DNA from: an uncultured Nitrospiraceae bacterium
GTDB taxonomy: Bacteria; Nitrospirota; Thermodesulfovibrionia; Thermodesulfovibrionales; Dissulfurispiraceae
DNA length: 64,000 nt
Assembly: GCA_963727805.1 (NCBI GenBank)
Contig: CAVSHF010000003.1
Span: forward strand, 416,001 to 480,000
Direction of reading: 5' to 3'
Position 1 is the first letter of the stretch. Every line of letters begins with the position of its first letter. The translations under genes and the position numbers were made by a program. Shown here in pieces: positions 40,481-52,375 of this stretch. The notes below the pieces were generated by a model. The model was not told where the DNA came from. It worked only from the letters and a program-made list of their open reading frames with translations, and did not search any database.

Positions 40481-41485
40481 TTATCCCTTTTCATGGGAAT
40501 CATTTAATGTCGTTGCGATAGTCTCATGCACGCGCTGTCGAGACATTTCTGCTGCAACCCGTATTGCATGTTTAAGTGCGCGTGCCGAAGAGCGTCCATG
40601 GCTGATAATGCAGGTGCCGTTGATTCCAAGGAGTGGAGCCCCGCCGTATTCGTCATAGTCGGTCCTCTTCTTGAAATTTCTGATAGCGGGCTTGATCATA
40701 AGATAACCGATTTTTCCCGTAGCGACATTGGCGATCTCACGCTTGAGCATTTTCAGAACCGTCTCGGCAAGGCCTTCGCTTGTCTTAAGGACAATGTTCC
40801 CTATGAAGCCATCGCATACAATGACGTTAGCGCGACCTGCAAAAACATCCTTCCCCTCGATATTGCCGATAAAGTTGAGGCCCTTCCTGCCCTTCAAAAG
40901 CTTGAAAGACTCTTTCGTAAGTTCATTGCCTTTCGTATCCTCCTCTCCGATGCTGAGAAGGGCAACCCTGGGAGATGCGTCGTTGAAAATGGCCTTGTAA
41001 TAGGCATTGCCCATGTAAGCGAACTGGAGGAGATTTTCGGGTTTGCAATCTACATTTGCTCCGGCATCAATAAGAACGAAGGAGCCCGTAAGTGAGGGCA
41101 TTATGGCGGCTATCGCCGGCCTGTCGACCCCTGGCACCTTTCCCAGCAGAAAGAGGGCCATCGCCATTGCTACGCCGGAATGTCCAGCGCTCACTGCGGC
41201 ATCGGCCTGTCCATTTTTTACCAGTTCTACAGCCTTGCGGATTGAAGAGTCCTTCTTCTTCCGTAAGACAGTCACCGGTGATTCGTCCATGCCGGCGATT
41301 TCAGAGGCATGAAAAATGGATATCCTGTTGGCGGGATATCGCTTGTCCTTGAGGGCTTCGTTTAATCGATCTCTGTCTCCAACGAGGATTACCTCAACGT
41401 CGTACTCACTTACCGCTTCGATGGCCCCCGCGACAGTCACATCAGGAGCGAAATCCCCTCCCATGGCATCGAGGGCAATCTTCAT
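40481..41485 (-). CDS. plsX: Phosphate acyltransferase PlsX
   Basis: IALDAMGGDFAP, DAGANVD, CDGFIGN, SHGRS. Confidence 0.97.
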   Translation of the reverse strand: MKIALDAMGGDFAPDVTVAGAIEAVSEYDVEVILVGDRDRLNEALKDKRYPANRISIFHASEIAGMDESPVTVLRKKKDSSIRKAVELVKNGQADAAVSAGHSGVAMAMALFLLGKVPGVDRPAIAAIMPSLTGSFVLIDAGANVDCKPENLLQFAYMGNAYYKAIFNDASPRVALLSIGEEDTKGNELTKESFKLLKGRKGLNFIGNIEGKDVFAGRANVIVCDGFIGNIVLKTSEGLAETVLKMLKREIANVATGKIGYLMIKPAIRNFKKRTDYDEYGGAPLLGINGTCIISHGRSSARALKHAIRVAAEMSRQRVHETIATTLNDSHEKG

Positions 41486-41487
41486 AG

Positions 41488-41670
41488 TTACTTGGAGACT
41501 ACCTCAATAATTGTCTTGCCATTATAGGTACCGCAGCTTAAGCAGGCCTTATGGGGTACTTTCTTTTCCTTGCATTCAGGGCACTCAACCAAAGCGGGCT
41601 GCTGACCCTTCCAGTTCGCCCTCCTTTTGTCTCTTCTCGATCTTGAGTGTCGGTGTGTTGGATTTGCCAT
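41488..41670 (-). CDS. rpmF: 50S ribosomal protein L32 (Zn-ribbon type)
   Basis: MANP..RSRRDKRR, CPEC..HKACLSCGTY. Confidence 0.96.
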   Translation of the reverse strand: MANPTHRHSRSRRDKRRANWKGQQPALVECPECKEKKVPHKACLSCGTYNGKTIIEVVSK

Positions 41671-41674
41671 TGTG

Positions 41675-42184
41675 TTACTCCTTTTCCTTTTTTAATTTTT
41701 TTAAAACTTCAAAACGGGAATCAATCTCCTTGGTCTTGCAGCCGCAGCCAGACAGATTCAGATCCGTGCCGCATTGGGGGCAGAAGCCCCGGCAATCAGG
41801 AGAGCAGAGAGGTTTCATAGGAAGATTCAGTATAAGTTGTTCCCTTAGGAGGTCATCCATTTCCAGTGTGTCTCCAGTATAGAAGACCGTATCGAGTTCA
41901 TCGCTCTTGAGCTGGTGTTGCTCACCTCTCACGATTTCTGTGGTCGGACGGTAGACGACATTAAACTGGGAAGCGATGCGATCGGTGAAATTCTTCAGAC
42001 AGCGCGAACATTGGAGCTCAACATCGCCGTTCAGTACCCCCTTTGCGATGACTTCAGGTAATACTTTGTCCAATCTCAACACTGCTTTTATAGGCGATAC
42101 TATCTTGACGGCATCCGACTGGATGTCATTATTCAAGTCGAGTTCGAGCCCCTCGTCGGGTATTTCCGTTATGACAATTTTCAT
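41675..42184 (-). CDS. yceD: YceD/DUF177 family protein
   Basis: CSRCL, PMKPLCSPDCRGFCPQCG, DSRFEVLK; upstream of rpmF. Confidence 0.92.
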   Translation of the reverse strand: MKIVITEIPDEGLELDLNNDIQSDAVKIVSPIKAVLRLDKVLPEVIAKGVLNGDVELQCSRCLKNFTDRIASQFNVVYRPTTEIVRGEQHQLKSDELDTVFYTGDTLEMDDLLREQLILNLPMKPLCSPDCRGFCPQCGTDLNLSGCGCKTKEIDSRFEVLKKLKKEKE

Positions 42185-42308
42185 AAGTGTTTACAATGGG
42201 AGTTATTATTATAATTTCTAAATCAGAGGCTTGTCAACGCAATCGCATGAAGGTCAAGCGCCGTTTAATGGACAATGAGCAGTTAAGGGGTCTGTGACCC
42301 TTGACTTT

Positions 42309-42338
42309 TTGACAATGTTGGGGGAATTGTGGTATAAA
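42309..42338 (+). promoter_or_regulatory. Putative sigma70 promoter of the pyr operon
   Basis: TTGACA...TGGTATAAA (extended -10). Confidence 0.6.
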
Positions 42339-42344
42339 TTATTG

Positions 42345-42986
<642 letters not shown>

Positions 42987-43895
42987 GTGAATATGCCGAA
43001 AGACCTCGTAAGCATGAAAGATATCTCGAGGGAAGAGACGGAATCAATAATCGATACGGCACTCTCTTTCAAGGATGTCCTCAGGCGTGACATCAAGAAA
43101 GTCCCTGCCTTGAGAGGCAAAACCGTGGTAAACCTGTTTTTCGAGCCTTCCACGAGGACTAAGACATCCTTCGAGCTCGCGGAAAAGCGGTTGAGCACAG
43201 ACGTAATAAATTTCTCAGTCAGCAGTAGCAGCGTCGTCAAAGGGGAGAGCCTGCTCGACACTGTCAGGACCATAGAGGCATATGGGATCGACTATCTTGT
43301 CATCCGTCATGCCTCTTCTGGAGTCCCTCATTTTATTTCGCGCATTACGAAAGCTTCCGTGGTTAATGCTGGTGACGGCATTAATGAACATCCGACTCAG
43401 GCACTCCTCGACGCGGTGACAATGAAGGAGAAAAAGGGCACCATCGCGGGACTTGAGGTGGCCATCGTCGGGGATATCCTGCACAGCAGGGTCGCAAGGT
43501 CCAATGTCTATTGCCTCATGAAACTCGGTGCCCGCGTGAGGCTTGTCGGGCCACCAACGCTGATTCCGCTCAACCCCCCGTCAGGCGTAAAGGTTTTTTA
43601 TAATATGGACGAAGGGATTAGAGGGGCAGACGTCGTAATGATGCTTCGTATCCAACTTGAAAGGATGGGGAAGAGTTTTTTCCCCTCCATAAAGGAATTT
43701 TTCAAATATTGGGGGCTGAGTGCCGAAAGGCTTGCCATTGCAAACAAAGATGCGCTCGTCATGCACCCGGGACCGATGAACCGCGGCATCGAGATCGCAT
43801 CCGATGTGGCAGACTGCCCTCAGTCCGTAATACTTGAGCAGGTCACAAACGGCATCGCAGTCAGGATGGCAGTCATATATATGCTTCAGGCCTAG
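42987..43895 (+). CDS. pyrB: Aspartate carbamoyltransferase catalytic subunit
   Basis: [29 protein letters not shown]. Confidence 0.98.
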   Translation: MNMPKDLVSMKDISREETESIIDTALSFKDVLRRDIKKVPALRGKTVVNLFFEPSTRTKTSFELAEKRLSTDVINFSVSSSSVVKGESLLDTVRTIEAYGIDYLVIRHASSGVPHFISRITKASVVNAGDGINEHPTQALLDAVTMKEKKGTIAGLEVAIVGDILHSRVARSNVYCLMKLGARVRLVGPPTLIPLNPPSGVKVFYNMDEGIRGADVVMMLRIQLERMGKSFFPSIKEFFKYWGLSAERLAIANKDALVMHPGPMNRGIEIASDVADCPQSVILEQVTNGIAVRMAVIYMLQA

Positions 43896-43899
43896 TGGA

Positions 43900-45216
43900 A
43901 TGGAAAAGAGAATTCGTATTAAGAATGGACGTATCATCGATCCCTCCCGCGGAATAGACGGGTATGGGGACCTCGTAATTGAAGATGGCATAATATCCGA
44001 AGTCATCATCAAGCAAGCAGAAGCGCCGAAAAAATATCTTTCTGCTGTTGGTGATGGCAGTGTTATCGATGCACGGGGAATGCTTGTATTGCCCGGACTG
44101 GTGGATATGCACACTCATTTAAGGGAGCCCGGCTTTGAATACAAGGAGACAATAAAAACGGGGACTATGGCCGGGATCAGGGGCGGCTTCACTTCCCTAT
44201 GCCCGATGCCCAATACCAATCCGGTGAACGATAATCCGACAGTCGCGGCATTTATCATCAAGAAAGCGATGGGGGAAGGGCATTGCTCGGTCTTTCCCAT
44301 AGGGGCAATTACCAAGGGACAGCAAGGGCAGGAACTGGCCGAGATGGGGCTTATGCAGGAGACGGGCTGTGTTGCTTTTTCAGACGATGGAAGGCCGATA
44401 ATGAACAGTCTTGTCATGAGAAGGGCACTCGAATATTCCAAGGCCTTCACCTTCCCGCTTATTGCCCACTGCGAAGATCTCTATCTAAGCGATGGTGGAG
44501 TCATGAATGAAGGCGCACTATCAACATATCTTGGACTGATGGGTATCCCTGCCGCAGCAGAAGAGGTGATGGTTGCACGGGATATAATGCTCGCACGACT
44601 GACAGGAGGAAAGCTCCATATTGCTCATGTGTCGACAAGAGGGTCAGTCGAACTTGTCAGGCGTGCCAAGAGTGAAGGGGCCAGTGTTACTGCGGAGACA
44701 TGCCCCCACTATTTTTCGATCACCGAGCGGGCTGTCGCAGGGTTCAATACCAATGCTAAGGTGAATCCTCCCCTGAGGACGGACGATGACATCGCTGCTG
44801 TCAAGGAGGGCCTGAAGGATGGGACTATCGAGGTAATTGCAACCGATCATGCCCCTCATCATAGCGACGAAAAGATACTTGAGTTCGATAAGGCGCCATC
44901 GGGCATATCCGGCTTGGAAACAGCCTTGGGGCTTAGTCTTGCGCTTGTTGATGAAGGAATACTTACCCTTCATCAGTTAATACAAAAGATGACCATTAAT
45001 CCATCGAAGATAATGGGCATCAATAGGGGGACCCTGAAGGTGGGCTCTGTCGCGGATGTGGTAATTCTCGATACAAAAAAAGAGTTTGTCGTCAATCCTG
45101 CTAACTTTGCATCAAAGGGTAAAAATACGCCCTTTAGCGGATGGACCCTGAAAGGACAACCTGCGATTGTCATTACAAAAGGAAGGATTTATGACTTTTC
45201 GGAGAAGGGCCAATGA
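43900..45216 (+). CDS. pyrC: Dihydroorotase
   Basis: DMHTHLREPG, KVNPPLR, ATDHAPH. Confidence 0.96.
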   Translation: MEKRIRIKNGRIIDPSRGIDGYGDLVIEDGIISEVIIKQAEAPKKYLSAVGDGSVIDARGMLVLPGLVDMHTHLREPGFEYKETIKTGTMAGIRGGFTSLCPMPNTNPVNDNPTVAAFIIKKAMGEGHCSVFPIGAITKGQQGQELAEMGLMQETGCVAFSDDGRPIMNSLVMRRALEYSKAFTFPLIAHCEDLYLSDGGVMNEGALSTYLGLMGIPAAAEEVMVARDIMLARLTGGKLHIAHVSTRGSVELVRRAKSEGASVTAETCPHYFSITERAVAGFNTNAKVNPPLRTDDDIAAVKEGLKDGTIEVIATDHAPHHSDEKILEFDKAPSGISGLETALGLSLALVDEGILTLHQLIQKMTINPSKIMGINRGTLKVGSVADVVILDTKKEFVVNPANFASKGKNTPFSGWTLKGQPAIVITKGRIYDFSEKGQ

Positions 45217-46340
45217 ACAAAGCGATGTTAGTACTTTCGGATGGTACGGTATTTGAAGGGAACAGCTTTGGCGCTCGGGGCGAGACGGTCGGTGAAGTAG
45301 TTTTCAATACCTCGATGGCAGGATATCAGGAGATACTGACCGATCCTTCGTACAGGGGCCAGATCGTTACCATGACCTACCCACAGATGGGCAACTACGG
45401 CGTCAACGAAGAGGATATTGAATCTCTCGGCGGGCCGAAGGTTAACGGATTTATCGTAAAGGAGTATCTCGAATTTGCTAGTAACTGGCGCTCTTCATCG
45501 TCGCTCGGTGACTACCTTATCAAGAATCATATCGTCGGGATCGAGGGACTCGACACGAGGGCGCTGACGCGTCATCTGCGCAATCACGGCGCACAGATGG
45601 GTATCATATCATCGGTTGGGGTTGATTCGAAACCGCTTATGTTGCTTGAAAAGGTGAGGACCCATCCTGGCATATCGGCTCACGATCTCGTCAGGGAAGT
45701 CACCTCTCCGGATGATTATGAATGGACGGAGGGATGCTGGAAGTGGTGCGCCATAGAAAGGGACATTCCGCGTTATAGAGTGACTGTTTATGATTTCGGG
45801 GTGAAGTTCAATATCCTGAGGAACCTTGTCGAGGCGGGCTTCATGGTATCGGTTGTCTCCGCTCAGACGCCAGCTGAGGCTGTGCTCGAAGATAATCCCG
45901 ACGGTATTATTTTAAGTAACGGCCCCGGCGATCCCGAAACAGTCACCTATGCGATCGATAATGCCAAGAAAATTATAGGCAAGAAGCCGGTTTTCGGCAT
46001 TTGCCTTGGTCACCAGATACTGGGCCTCGCCATGGGTGGCAGAACTTACAAGCTTAAATTCGGCCATCACGGAGGCAATCATCCGGTAAAAGACCTGCTC
46101 ACCGGAAGGGTCGAAATAACCGCGCAGAATCACAATTATTGTGTCGATATTAGCAGCCTGCACGGGCAGGCCCGTCTCACCCACAGGAACCTCTATGATG
46201 GCACCGAAGAAGGCATGCAGCATGTCGAACTGCCACTGATTTCGGTTCAGCACCATCCTGAGGCGGCGCCGGGTCCCAATGATTCTTCGCACCTCTTCAA
46301 GAGGTTCCGGCAGATGATAGAGAGCAGGGGCGATTCGTGA
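45213..46340 (+). CDS. carA: Carbamoyl-phosphate synthase small subunit
   Basis: GEVVFNT, SNGPGDP, GICLGHQ, QHHPEA. Confidence 0.98.
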   Translation: MNKAMLVLSDGTVFEGNSFGARGETVGEVVFNTSMAGYQEILTDPSYRGQIVTMTYPQMGNYGVNEEDIESLGGPKVNGFIVKEYLEFASNWRSSSSLGDYLIKNHIVGIEGLDTRALTRHLRNHGAQMGIISSVGVDSKPLMLLEKVRTHPGISAHDLVREVTSPDDYEWTEGCWKWCAIERDIPRYRVTVYDFGVKFNILRNLVEAGFMVSVVSAQTPAEAVLEDNPDGIILSNGPGDPETVTYAIDNAKKIIGKKPVFGICLGHQILGLAMGGRTYKLKFGHHGGNHPVKDLLTGRVEITAQNHNYCVDISSLHGQARLTHRNLYDGTEEGMQHVELPLISVQHHPEAAPGPNDSSHLFKRFRQMIESRGDS

Positions 46341-46351
46341 ATTACCCCCGC
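46324..46351 (+). repeat. Degenerate GTAG-type REP-like palindrome spanning the carA stop codon
   Basis: GCAGGGGCGATTCGTGAATTACCCCCGC versus the pattern GTAGGGGCGATTCATGAATCGCCCCTAC. Confidence 0.5.
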
Positions 46352-46376
46352 AGATAATTATTTCTTCAGGAGAGAC

Positions 46377-49300
46377 ATGCCGAAAAGAACAGACATTAAA
46401 AAGATACTTTTGATCGGCTCAGGACCGATTGTCATAGGACAAGCCTGCGAATTCGATTATTCAGGCGCACAGGCATGCAAAGCGCTGCGTGAAGAGGGAT
46501 ACAGTGTTGTCCTCGTCAACTCCAACCCTGCAACTATCATGACCGACCCGGATATGGCGGATGCGACGTACATCGAGCCCCTGTCGGTCGAGATACTAGA
46601 ACTCATCATTAAAAAGGAAAGGCCTGATGCACTCTTGCCTACTATGGGAGGGCAGACTGCCCTGAATCTAACTGTTGAACTTGCAGAATCAGGCATCATC
46701 GACAAATACAGCGTCGAGTTAATCGGCGCGAAATTGCCTGCCATCAAAAAAGCCGAGGACAGGGAGCTCTTCAAAGAGGCCATGAAAAATATCGGTATCG
46801 ATGTGCCCAGAAGCGCACCTGTTACCTCCCTTAAAGAAGGACTTAAGGCTGTCGCAGACATCGGGTTTCCTGTCATCCTGAGACCCGCCTTTACTCTTGG
46901 TGGTACCGGCGGCGGTATAGCTTACAACATCGAGGAATACAGGGAACTGCTTGAACGTGCCTTGAAGTTGAGTCCTGTGCAGCAGGTACTGATTGAAGAG
47001 TCTGTCATCGGGTGGAAAGAGTATGAACTCGAGGTGATGCGTGATAGCATGGACAACGTTGTCATCATCTGCTCCATCGAGAATTTCGATCCTATGGGCG
47101 TTCATACCGGCGATTCGATTACGGTGGCTCCTGCCCAGACGCTTACTGACAAGGAATATCAGAGGATGCGCGATTCCGCTATCGAAATCATTCGTGAGAT
47201 CGGGGTCGACACCGGCGGTTCGAATATACAGTTCGCCCTGAATCCGAAAAATGGCAAGATGGTTATCATCGAGATGAACCCGCGGGTTTCGAGAAGCTCT
47301 GCCTTAGCGAGCAAGGCAACCGGCTTTCCTATCGCCAAGATTGCGGCAAAACTGGCCGTCGGATATACCTTGGATGAAATAAAGAATGACATTACGCGAG
47401 AGACGCCCGCATCCTTTGAGCCGTCGATTGATTATATCGTTACAAAAATCCCGCGATTCACCTTTGAGAAATTTCCCGAGGCCGACCCGACTTTGACAAT
47501 TCAGATGAAGTCTGTGGGCGAAGTCATGTCTATAGGAAGGACCTTCAAGGAGTCCCTGCAGAAAGCGCTGAGGAGCCTCGAGATTGGGTCTGCAGGTTTC
47601 GAGCCCTTGCGCGGCTTGCCGGCGTTAAGCGAGATCAAAGCCAAACTGAAGACCCCGAATGCGGATCGTATATGGTACATCGCCCACGCGATGCGGCAGG
47701 GTATGAGTATCGAAGAGCTTTACGAGCTGACATGGATTGACCCATGGTTCCTGAATAATATACGGCAAATTATCGAAATGGAAGGGAATATCCGTGAATC
47801 GTTCCCGTCGGCTGTGGCGGATAATGAAACACGGACACGGCTTACCTGCTTGTTGAGGACCGCAAAAGAATACGGTTTTTCCGATAAGAGGATCTCCGAA
47901 CTTGCAGGGAAAAACGAAATCGAAATCAGGCACCTGAGAAAAGAATTGGGGCTGAAGCCGGTATACAAGCTGGTCGACACTTGTGCAGCTGAGTTTGAGG
48001 CGTTCACGCCGTATCTCTATTCTACTTACGAAAGACCATTCTACACGGTAAACGAAGCAGGCATTCAGGCTGCCATAACTGAATGTGATGCCAATCCGAC
48101 GGATCGACAAAAGATTGTCATCCTCGGTTCAGGCCCGAATAGGATCGGACAGGGCATTGAATTCGACTACTGTTGTGTACAAGCTGTATTTGGTCTCAAA
48201 GAGATAGGCTATGAGACGATCATGGTCAACTGCAATCCCGAAACGGTCAGTACCGACTACGATACTTCGGACAGGCTCTATTTTGAGCCACTGACCATAG
48301 AAGATGTCATGAACATCATCGACCTCGAAAAGCCAAAAGGGGTTATCGTTCAATTTGGAGGTCAGACTCCGCTGAAACTTGCGGTGCCTCTTGAAAGGGA
48401 GGGAGTAACGATACTGGGAACATCTCCGGACTCAATCGACAGGGCAGAAAACAGAAAGAGATTCAAGGAAGTTCTCCATAAATTAAATCTCAGACAGCCT
48501 GAAAGCGGCACGGCGATGTCGATTGAAGAGGCAATCTCGGTAGCCGAGAGGATCGGCTATCCCGTGATGGTGCGGCCTTCCTATGTTCTTGGCGGTAGGG
48601 CGATGGAGATCGTTTACGATGTACAATCTCTCATCAATTATATGGCAAGAAATTTCAGAGCATCGCCCGATCATCCGATCCTGGTTGATAAATATCTTGA
48701 AGACGCCATTGAGATCGATGTAGACGCTATTTCGGATGGTGTGGATGTCGTCATCGGCGGGGTGATGGAACATATTGAAGAGGCCGGAATTCATTCCGGA
48801 GACTCCGCATGCTCTATACCGCCATATTCACTTTCTGATGAAATCGTAGAAGGAATCAGAATTCAGACAAAGGCCCTCGCAATGGAGCTTGAGGTGAAAG
48901 GTCTTATGAATGTGCAGTTTGCTGTGAAGGACAACGAGATATACATTCTTGAGGTCAATCCGCGGGCATCTCGCACCATCCCGTATGTGAGCAAGGCAAC
49001 AGGTGTTTCGCTGGCACGTCTAGCCGCCCAGGTCATAGCGGGAAAAACTTTGAAGGAACTTGGACTAACTGGTGAGAAAAGTATCAAACACGTTGCAGTA
49101 AAGGAGGCAGTCTTCCCCTTTGACCGTTTCCCCGGGGTTGATACAATACTCGGACCAGAGATGAAATCTACGGGTGAGGTGATGGGGATTGACGATGAGT
49201 TTGGCCTTGCGTATGCAAAGGCGCAGGCTGCATCTAATAATAAAATCCCTACCAAGGGCAAGATATTCCTGAGTGTAAAGGACAAGGACAAGTACCATAC

Positions 49301-49661
49301 AGTCGAGATAGCGCGGAAGCTAAGGGAACTGGGTTTCAAGCTTGTCGCCACAAGGGGGACAGCGGCATATCTTGATGCTCACGGGATAGAAGTTGAGAGT
49401 ATCAATAAAGTCATGGAGGGGAGGCCGCATGTGGTCGACCTGATCAAGAACAAAGAGATCCATTTTGTTATCAATACTGTTACTGGTTCCCAGGCCCAGA
49501 AGGACTCCTTCTCCATCCGGAGGAGTGCGTTGCAATACAGAATACCGTATACCACGACTATTTCGAGCGCAAAGGCGGTCGTTATGGCCATCGAATCGCT
49601 ACTCAAACGGGAGTTAAAGATTAAATCGATTCAAGAATACCATAATAGTCGTTATAATTGA
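46377..49661 (+). CDS. carB: Carbamoyl-phosphate synthase large subunit
   Basis: [38 protein letters not shown] domain. Confidence 0.99.
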   Translation: MPKRTDIKKILLIGSGPIVIGQACEFDYSGAQACKALREEGYSVVLVNSNPATIMTDPDMADATYIEPLSVEILELIIKKERPDALLPTMGGQTALNLTVELAESGIIDKYSVELIGAKLPAIKKAEDRELFKEAMKNIGIDVPRSAPVTSLKEGLKAVADIGFPVILRPAFTLGGTGGGIAYNIEEYRELLERALKLSPVQQVLIEESVIGWKEYELEVMRDSMDNVVIICSIENFDPMGVHTGDSITVAPAQTLTDKEYQRMRDSAIEIIREIGVDTGGSNIQFALNPKNGKMVIIEMNPRVSRSSALASKATGFPIAKIAAKLAVGYTLDEIKNDITRETPASFEPSIDYIVTKIPRFTFEKFPEADPTLTIQMKSVGEVMSIGRTFKESLQKALRSLEIGSAGFEPLRGLPALSEIKAKLKTPNADRIWYIAHAMRQGMSIEELYELTWIDPWFLNNIRQIIEMEGNIRESFPSAVADNETRTRLTCLLRTAKEYGFSDKRISELAGKNEIEIRHLRKELGLKPVYKLVDTCAAEFEAFTPYLYSTYERPFYTVNEAGIQAAITECDANPTDRQKIVILGSGPNRIGQGIEFDYCCVQAVFGLKEIGYETIMVNCNPETVSTDYDTSDRLYFEPLTIEDVMNIIDLEKPKGVIVQFGGQTPLKLAVPLEREGVTILGTSPDSIDRAENRKRFKEVLHKLNLRQPESGTAMSIEEAISVAERIGYPVMVRPSYVLGGRAMEIVYDVQSLINYMARNFRASPDHPILVDKYLEDAIEIDVDAISDGVDVVIGGVMEHIEEAGIHSGDSACSIPPYSLSDEIVEGIRIQTKALAMELEVKGLMNVQFAVKDNEIYILEVNPRASRTIPYVSKATGVSLARLAAQVIAGKTLKELGLTGEKSIKHVAVKEAVFPFDRFPGVDTILGPEMKSTGEVMGIDDEFGLAYAKAQAASNNKIPTKGKIFLSVKDKDKYHTVEIARKLRELGFKLVATRGTAAYLDAHGIEVESINKVMEGRPHVVDLIKNKEIHFVINTVTGSQAQKDSFSIRRSALQYRIPYTTTISSAKAVVMAIESLLKRELKIKSIQEYHNSRYN

Positions 49662-49732
49662 ATAGAGCATGAAACTATCAGACCGAACGATTTACCCACT
49701 TACCAGTGACTTCTATAGGGAGGGAGGTTTCT

Positions 49733-50947
49733 ATGGCATCCATTAAGAGAATTGGCATCATTACGAGCGGTGGCGACTGCGGCGGCCTCAACGCTGTTAT
49801 TAAAGGTGTTTCGAGAGAGGCGTTTGCGCTCGGTATCGAGACGGTAGTAATTCCTAACGGCTACGCGGGATTATACAATCTTGTCAATCTCGAAAACGTT
49901 GTGTTTCTTAATGCCGAAAGAGTGAGCAAAATTGAGGCGTCTCTTGCAGGTTCCGAGGCGGGTCATTCACGCGTAAAGATCAGCAAGATTGCCGACCCGA
50001 AAAAGTACGACCGGATTAAAGACGGACTGAAAAAGTTTAATATAGACGCCCTTGTCATCAGCGGCGGCGATGACACCGGTAGTGTAGTGGTGGATCTTTC
50101 AGCACAGGGGATTCCGTGCGTTCATGTGCCGAAGACGATGGATCTCGATCTCCAGTCGTACAGCGTTGGCGGCGACTCGGCCATCAATCGGATATCAATC
50201 TTTACTAGAGACCTGAAGACCACCGGTTTGAGCCACAACCGTGTTGTCATCGTCGAGGTTTTCGGAAGGTATTCGGGTCACACAGCTCTTCGAGGAGGCA
50301 TCGGAGCCGAAGCGGATTGTATATTGATCCCTGAAATACCAGTTGATTTCGATATCGTCTATGATCATATGAAAACCACGTATATCGGCCGGGTAAAGAG
50401 GAGCGATGTTAAGGCCGGTACGTATATTATCGTCGTCGCGGAAGGCATTACGAATGCAAGTGGAGAGATGCTGTACGATGAAACTGCCGGCGTCGATGCA
50501 TTCGGCCACAAGAAACTTGCCGGGTCGGGCAAGTTTGTAAGGCAGCAACTTGAAAAACGCTTAAAAAGCGATCCTGAAATTACCCAGTTCATGAAAGATA
50601 CCGGCATGTACGCTCCTGGTGTATATGAAGTGCCCGAAGTTAGAGAAGTTGTGCCCGGGCATCTCGTGCGCTGCGGCGATTCTTCCGCGTATGACGTAAA
50701 TTTCGGCTATAAGACCGGAGCTGCCGCGGTCTGCCTTCTTCTTGAAGGAAAAACCGGCAATACAGTAGTCAACGTCGATGGCCGAAAGATTTACTTCGAA
50801 GCCACCTCGGAGCTTATCAAGAGAAGGGGAGTTGATATAAGCGAGATCGCCCTTTATGAGAGCCTCGGCTTTAGTTTCGGAAGAAAGCCTGAAAAATTCA
50901 ACAGTATTTTTGAGGAAGTCACGGGAGCCGTACCGAGGCATCTGTAA
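49733..50947 (+). CDS. PfkA-family 6-phosphofructokinase, likely PPi-dependent
   Basis: TSGGDCGGLNA, GGDDT, PKTMDLD, EVFGR. Confidence 0.88.
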   Translation: MASIKRIGIITSGGDCGGLNAVIKGVSREAFALGIETVVIPNGYAGLYNLVNLENVVFLNAERVSKIEASLAGSEAGHSRVKISKIADPKKYDRIKDGLKKFNIDALVISGGDDTGSVVVDLSAQGIPCVHVPKTMDLDLQSYSVGGDSAINRISIFTRDLKTTGLSHNRVVIVEVFGRYSGHTALRGGIGAEADCILIPEIPVDFDIVYDHMKTTYIGRVKRSDVKAGTYIIVVAEGITNASGEMLYDETAGVDAFGHKKLAGSGKFVRQQLEKRLKSDPEITQFMKDTGMYAPGVYEVPEVREVVPGHLVRCGDSSAYDVNFGYKTGAAAVCLLLEGKTGNTVVNVDGRKIYFEATSELIKRRGVDISEIALYESLGFSFGRKPEKFNSIFEEVTGAVPRHL

Positions 50948-50957
50948 TAGATCGATA

Positions 50958-51008
50958 CACGTAACAAGGCGGCATCCCTATGGGATGCCGCCTTGTTACG
51001 TGCTTTTT
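50958..51008 (+). terminator. Intrinsic terminator with a 21-bp perfect stem
   Basis: CACGTAACAAGGCGGCATCCC-TAT-GGGATGCCGCCTTGTTACGTG followed by CTTTTT. Confidence 0.85.
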
Positions 51009-51128
51009 AAAATTGTTATTCCCACTTGTCTGTTTTCCTCCTTCATAACTCAAAATCCTGCCGGTATGGATTGGCCCAGTCAAGCTTCTGTTTCCAAATT
51101 CAGCAGTCATCTGACATAATGGCATTAT

Positions 51129-52079
51129 ATGAATGGAAAGATACGACTTGGTATAAGTTCCTGTCTTCTTGGTGGAAAAGTGCGTTATGACGGTGGTCAC
51201 AAACTCGACCATTTTCTGAGAGATACTCTTGGCAATTATGTGGATTGGGTGCCCGTATGCCCCGAGGTCGAAATGGGCCTGTCGGTCCCCAGAGATGCAA
51301 TGAGGCTTATCGGCACGCCTGAGGCTCCGCGACTAAAGACAATCAGGACAGGAAAGGATTACACTGATCGAATGTTGAAATGGGCCATGACAAGACTTGA
51401 TCAAATCGAAAAGGAGGACCTCTGTGGTTTTGTCTTTAAGAGTCGATCTCCAAGTTCGGGTATGAAGGCTGTGAAAATCTATGACGAATCGGGAGTTCCG
51501 AGAAACAAGGGAACGGGCATTTTTGCAGGGGCTTTTATGGAACGATTTCCACTGCTGCCGGTTGAAGACGAGGGGCGTCTTAACGATCCGGCGTTGCGCG
51601 AGAATTTCATCGAACGGATATTTGTGTATCGACGATGGAAGGACTTCCTCAAGTCGACCGGCTCGATTGCACAATTGATAACGTTTCATACCAAGCATAA
51701 ATTATTGATACTTTCTCATAGTACAAAACATTATTCAATTCTTGGAAAGCTTGTTGCAGATGCGAAGAGATACAAAACCAACGAGATAAGAACATACTAT
51801 TTGACGTATCTAATGGAAGGCCTCAGGCTGACAGCAACCAGCAGGAAGAATACGGATGTCCTTCAGCATATGATGGGATATTTTAAGGATCGGCTGACGT
51901 CAGATGAAAAAGAGGAACTTAGCGAAACAATCGAGAAATATCATGCGGGATTCGTCCCACTCATCGTACCGTTGACGCTTCTTACGCACTATGTTCGCAA
52001 ATTCGATGAGCCTTATCTGAAAGGGCAGTATTATCTAAGGCCTCACCCCGCTGAACTTATGCTTCGCAATCATGTTTAA
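51129..52079 (+). CDS. DUF523 (TudS-like) + DUF1722 protein, YbgA family
   Basis: GISSCLLG..VRYDGGH, CPEVEMG, EDEGRL, FHTKHK, LMLRNHV. Confidence 0.9.
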   Translation: MNGKIRLGISSCLLGGKVRYDGGHKLDHFLRDTLGNYVDWVPVCPEVEMGLSVPRDAMRLIGTPEAPRLKTIRTGKDYTDRMLKWAMTRLDQIEKEDLCGFVFKSRSPSSGMKAVKIYDESGVPRNKGTGIFAGAFMERFPLLPVEDEGRLNDPALRENFIERIFVYRRWKDFLKSTGSIAQLITFHTKHKLLILSHSTKHYSILGKLVADAKRYKTNEIRTYYLTYLMEGLRLTATSRKNTDVLQHMMGYFKDRLTSDEKEELSETIEKYHAGFVPLIVPLTLLTHYVRKFDEPYLKGQYYLRPHPAELMLRNHV

Positions 52080-52105
52080 GGGAGATGCGGGTCGGGTATC
52101 ATTAA

Positions 52106-52361
52106 TCTTCAATAATACAATCAACTCCTGAGCTATTTTCGAACAAATGCAAAGGTCGCGGCACCTGTATCGAAGTCTGCACGCACGGAGTTCTAGCTAT
52201 GAGTGGGAAAAGAGCATGCATCGTTGACAGAGATAATTGCATGGAATGCGGGGCATGCATGACTAATTGTGGAGTCGGCGCCCTTCATGACCAGCATGAT
52301 CAGCGATGGCGAACCCCTCCCGCGATTGCAGAGCAGATACTTAAAAAACAGGCGCTGCTGA
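52106..52361 (+). pseudogene. hgcB: Decayed hgcB-like 2x[4Fe-4S] ferredoxin
   Basis: In-frame CKGRGTCIEVCTHG...IVDRDNCMECGACMTNC; frameshifted tail reconstructs to GEPS(C>R)DC...TGCC*; no in-frame start. Confidence 0.7.
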
Positions 52362-52375
52362 ACAGGCGCGCCAAA

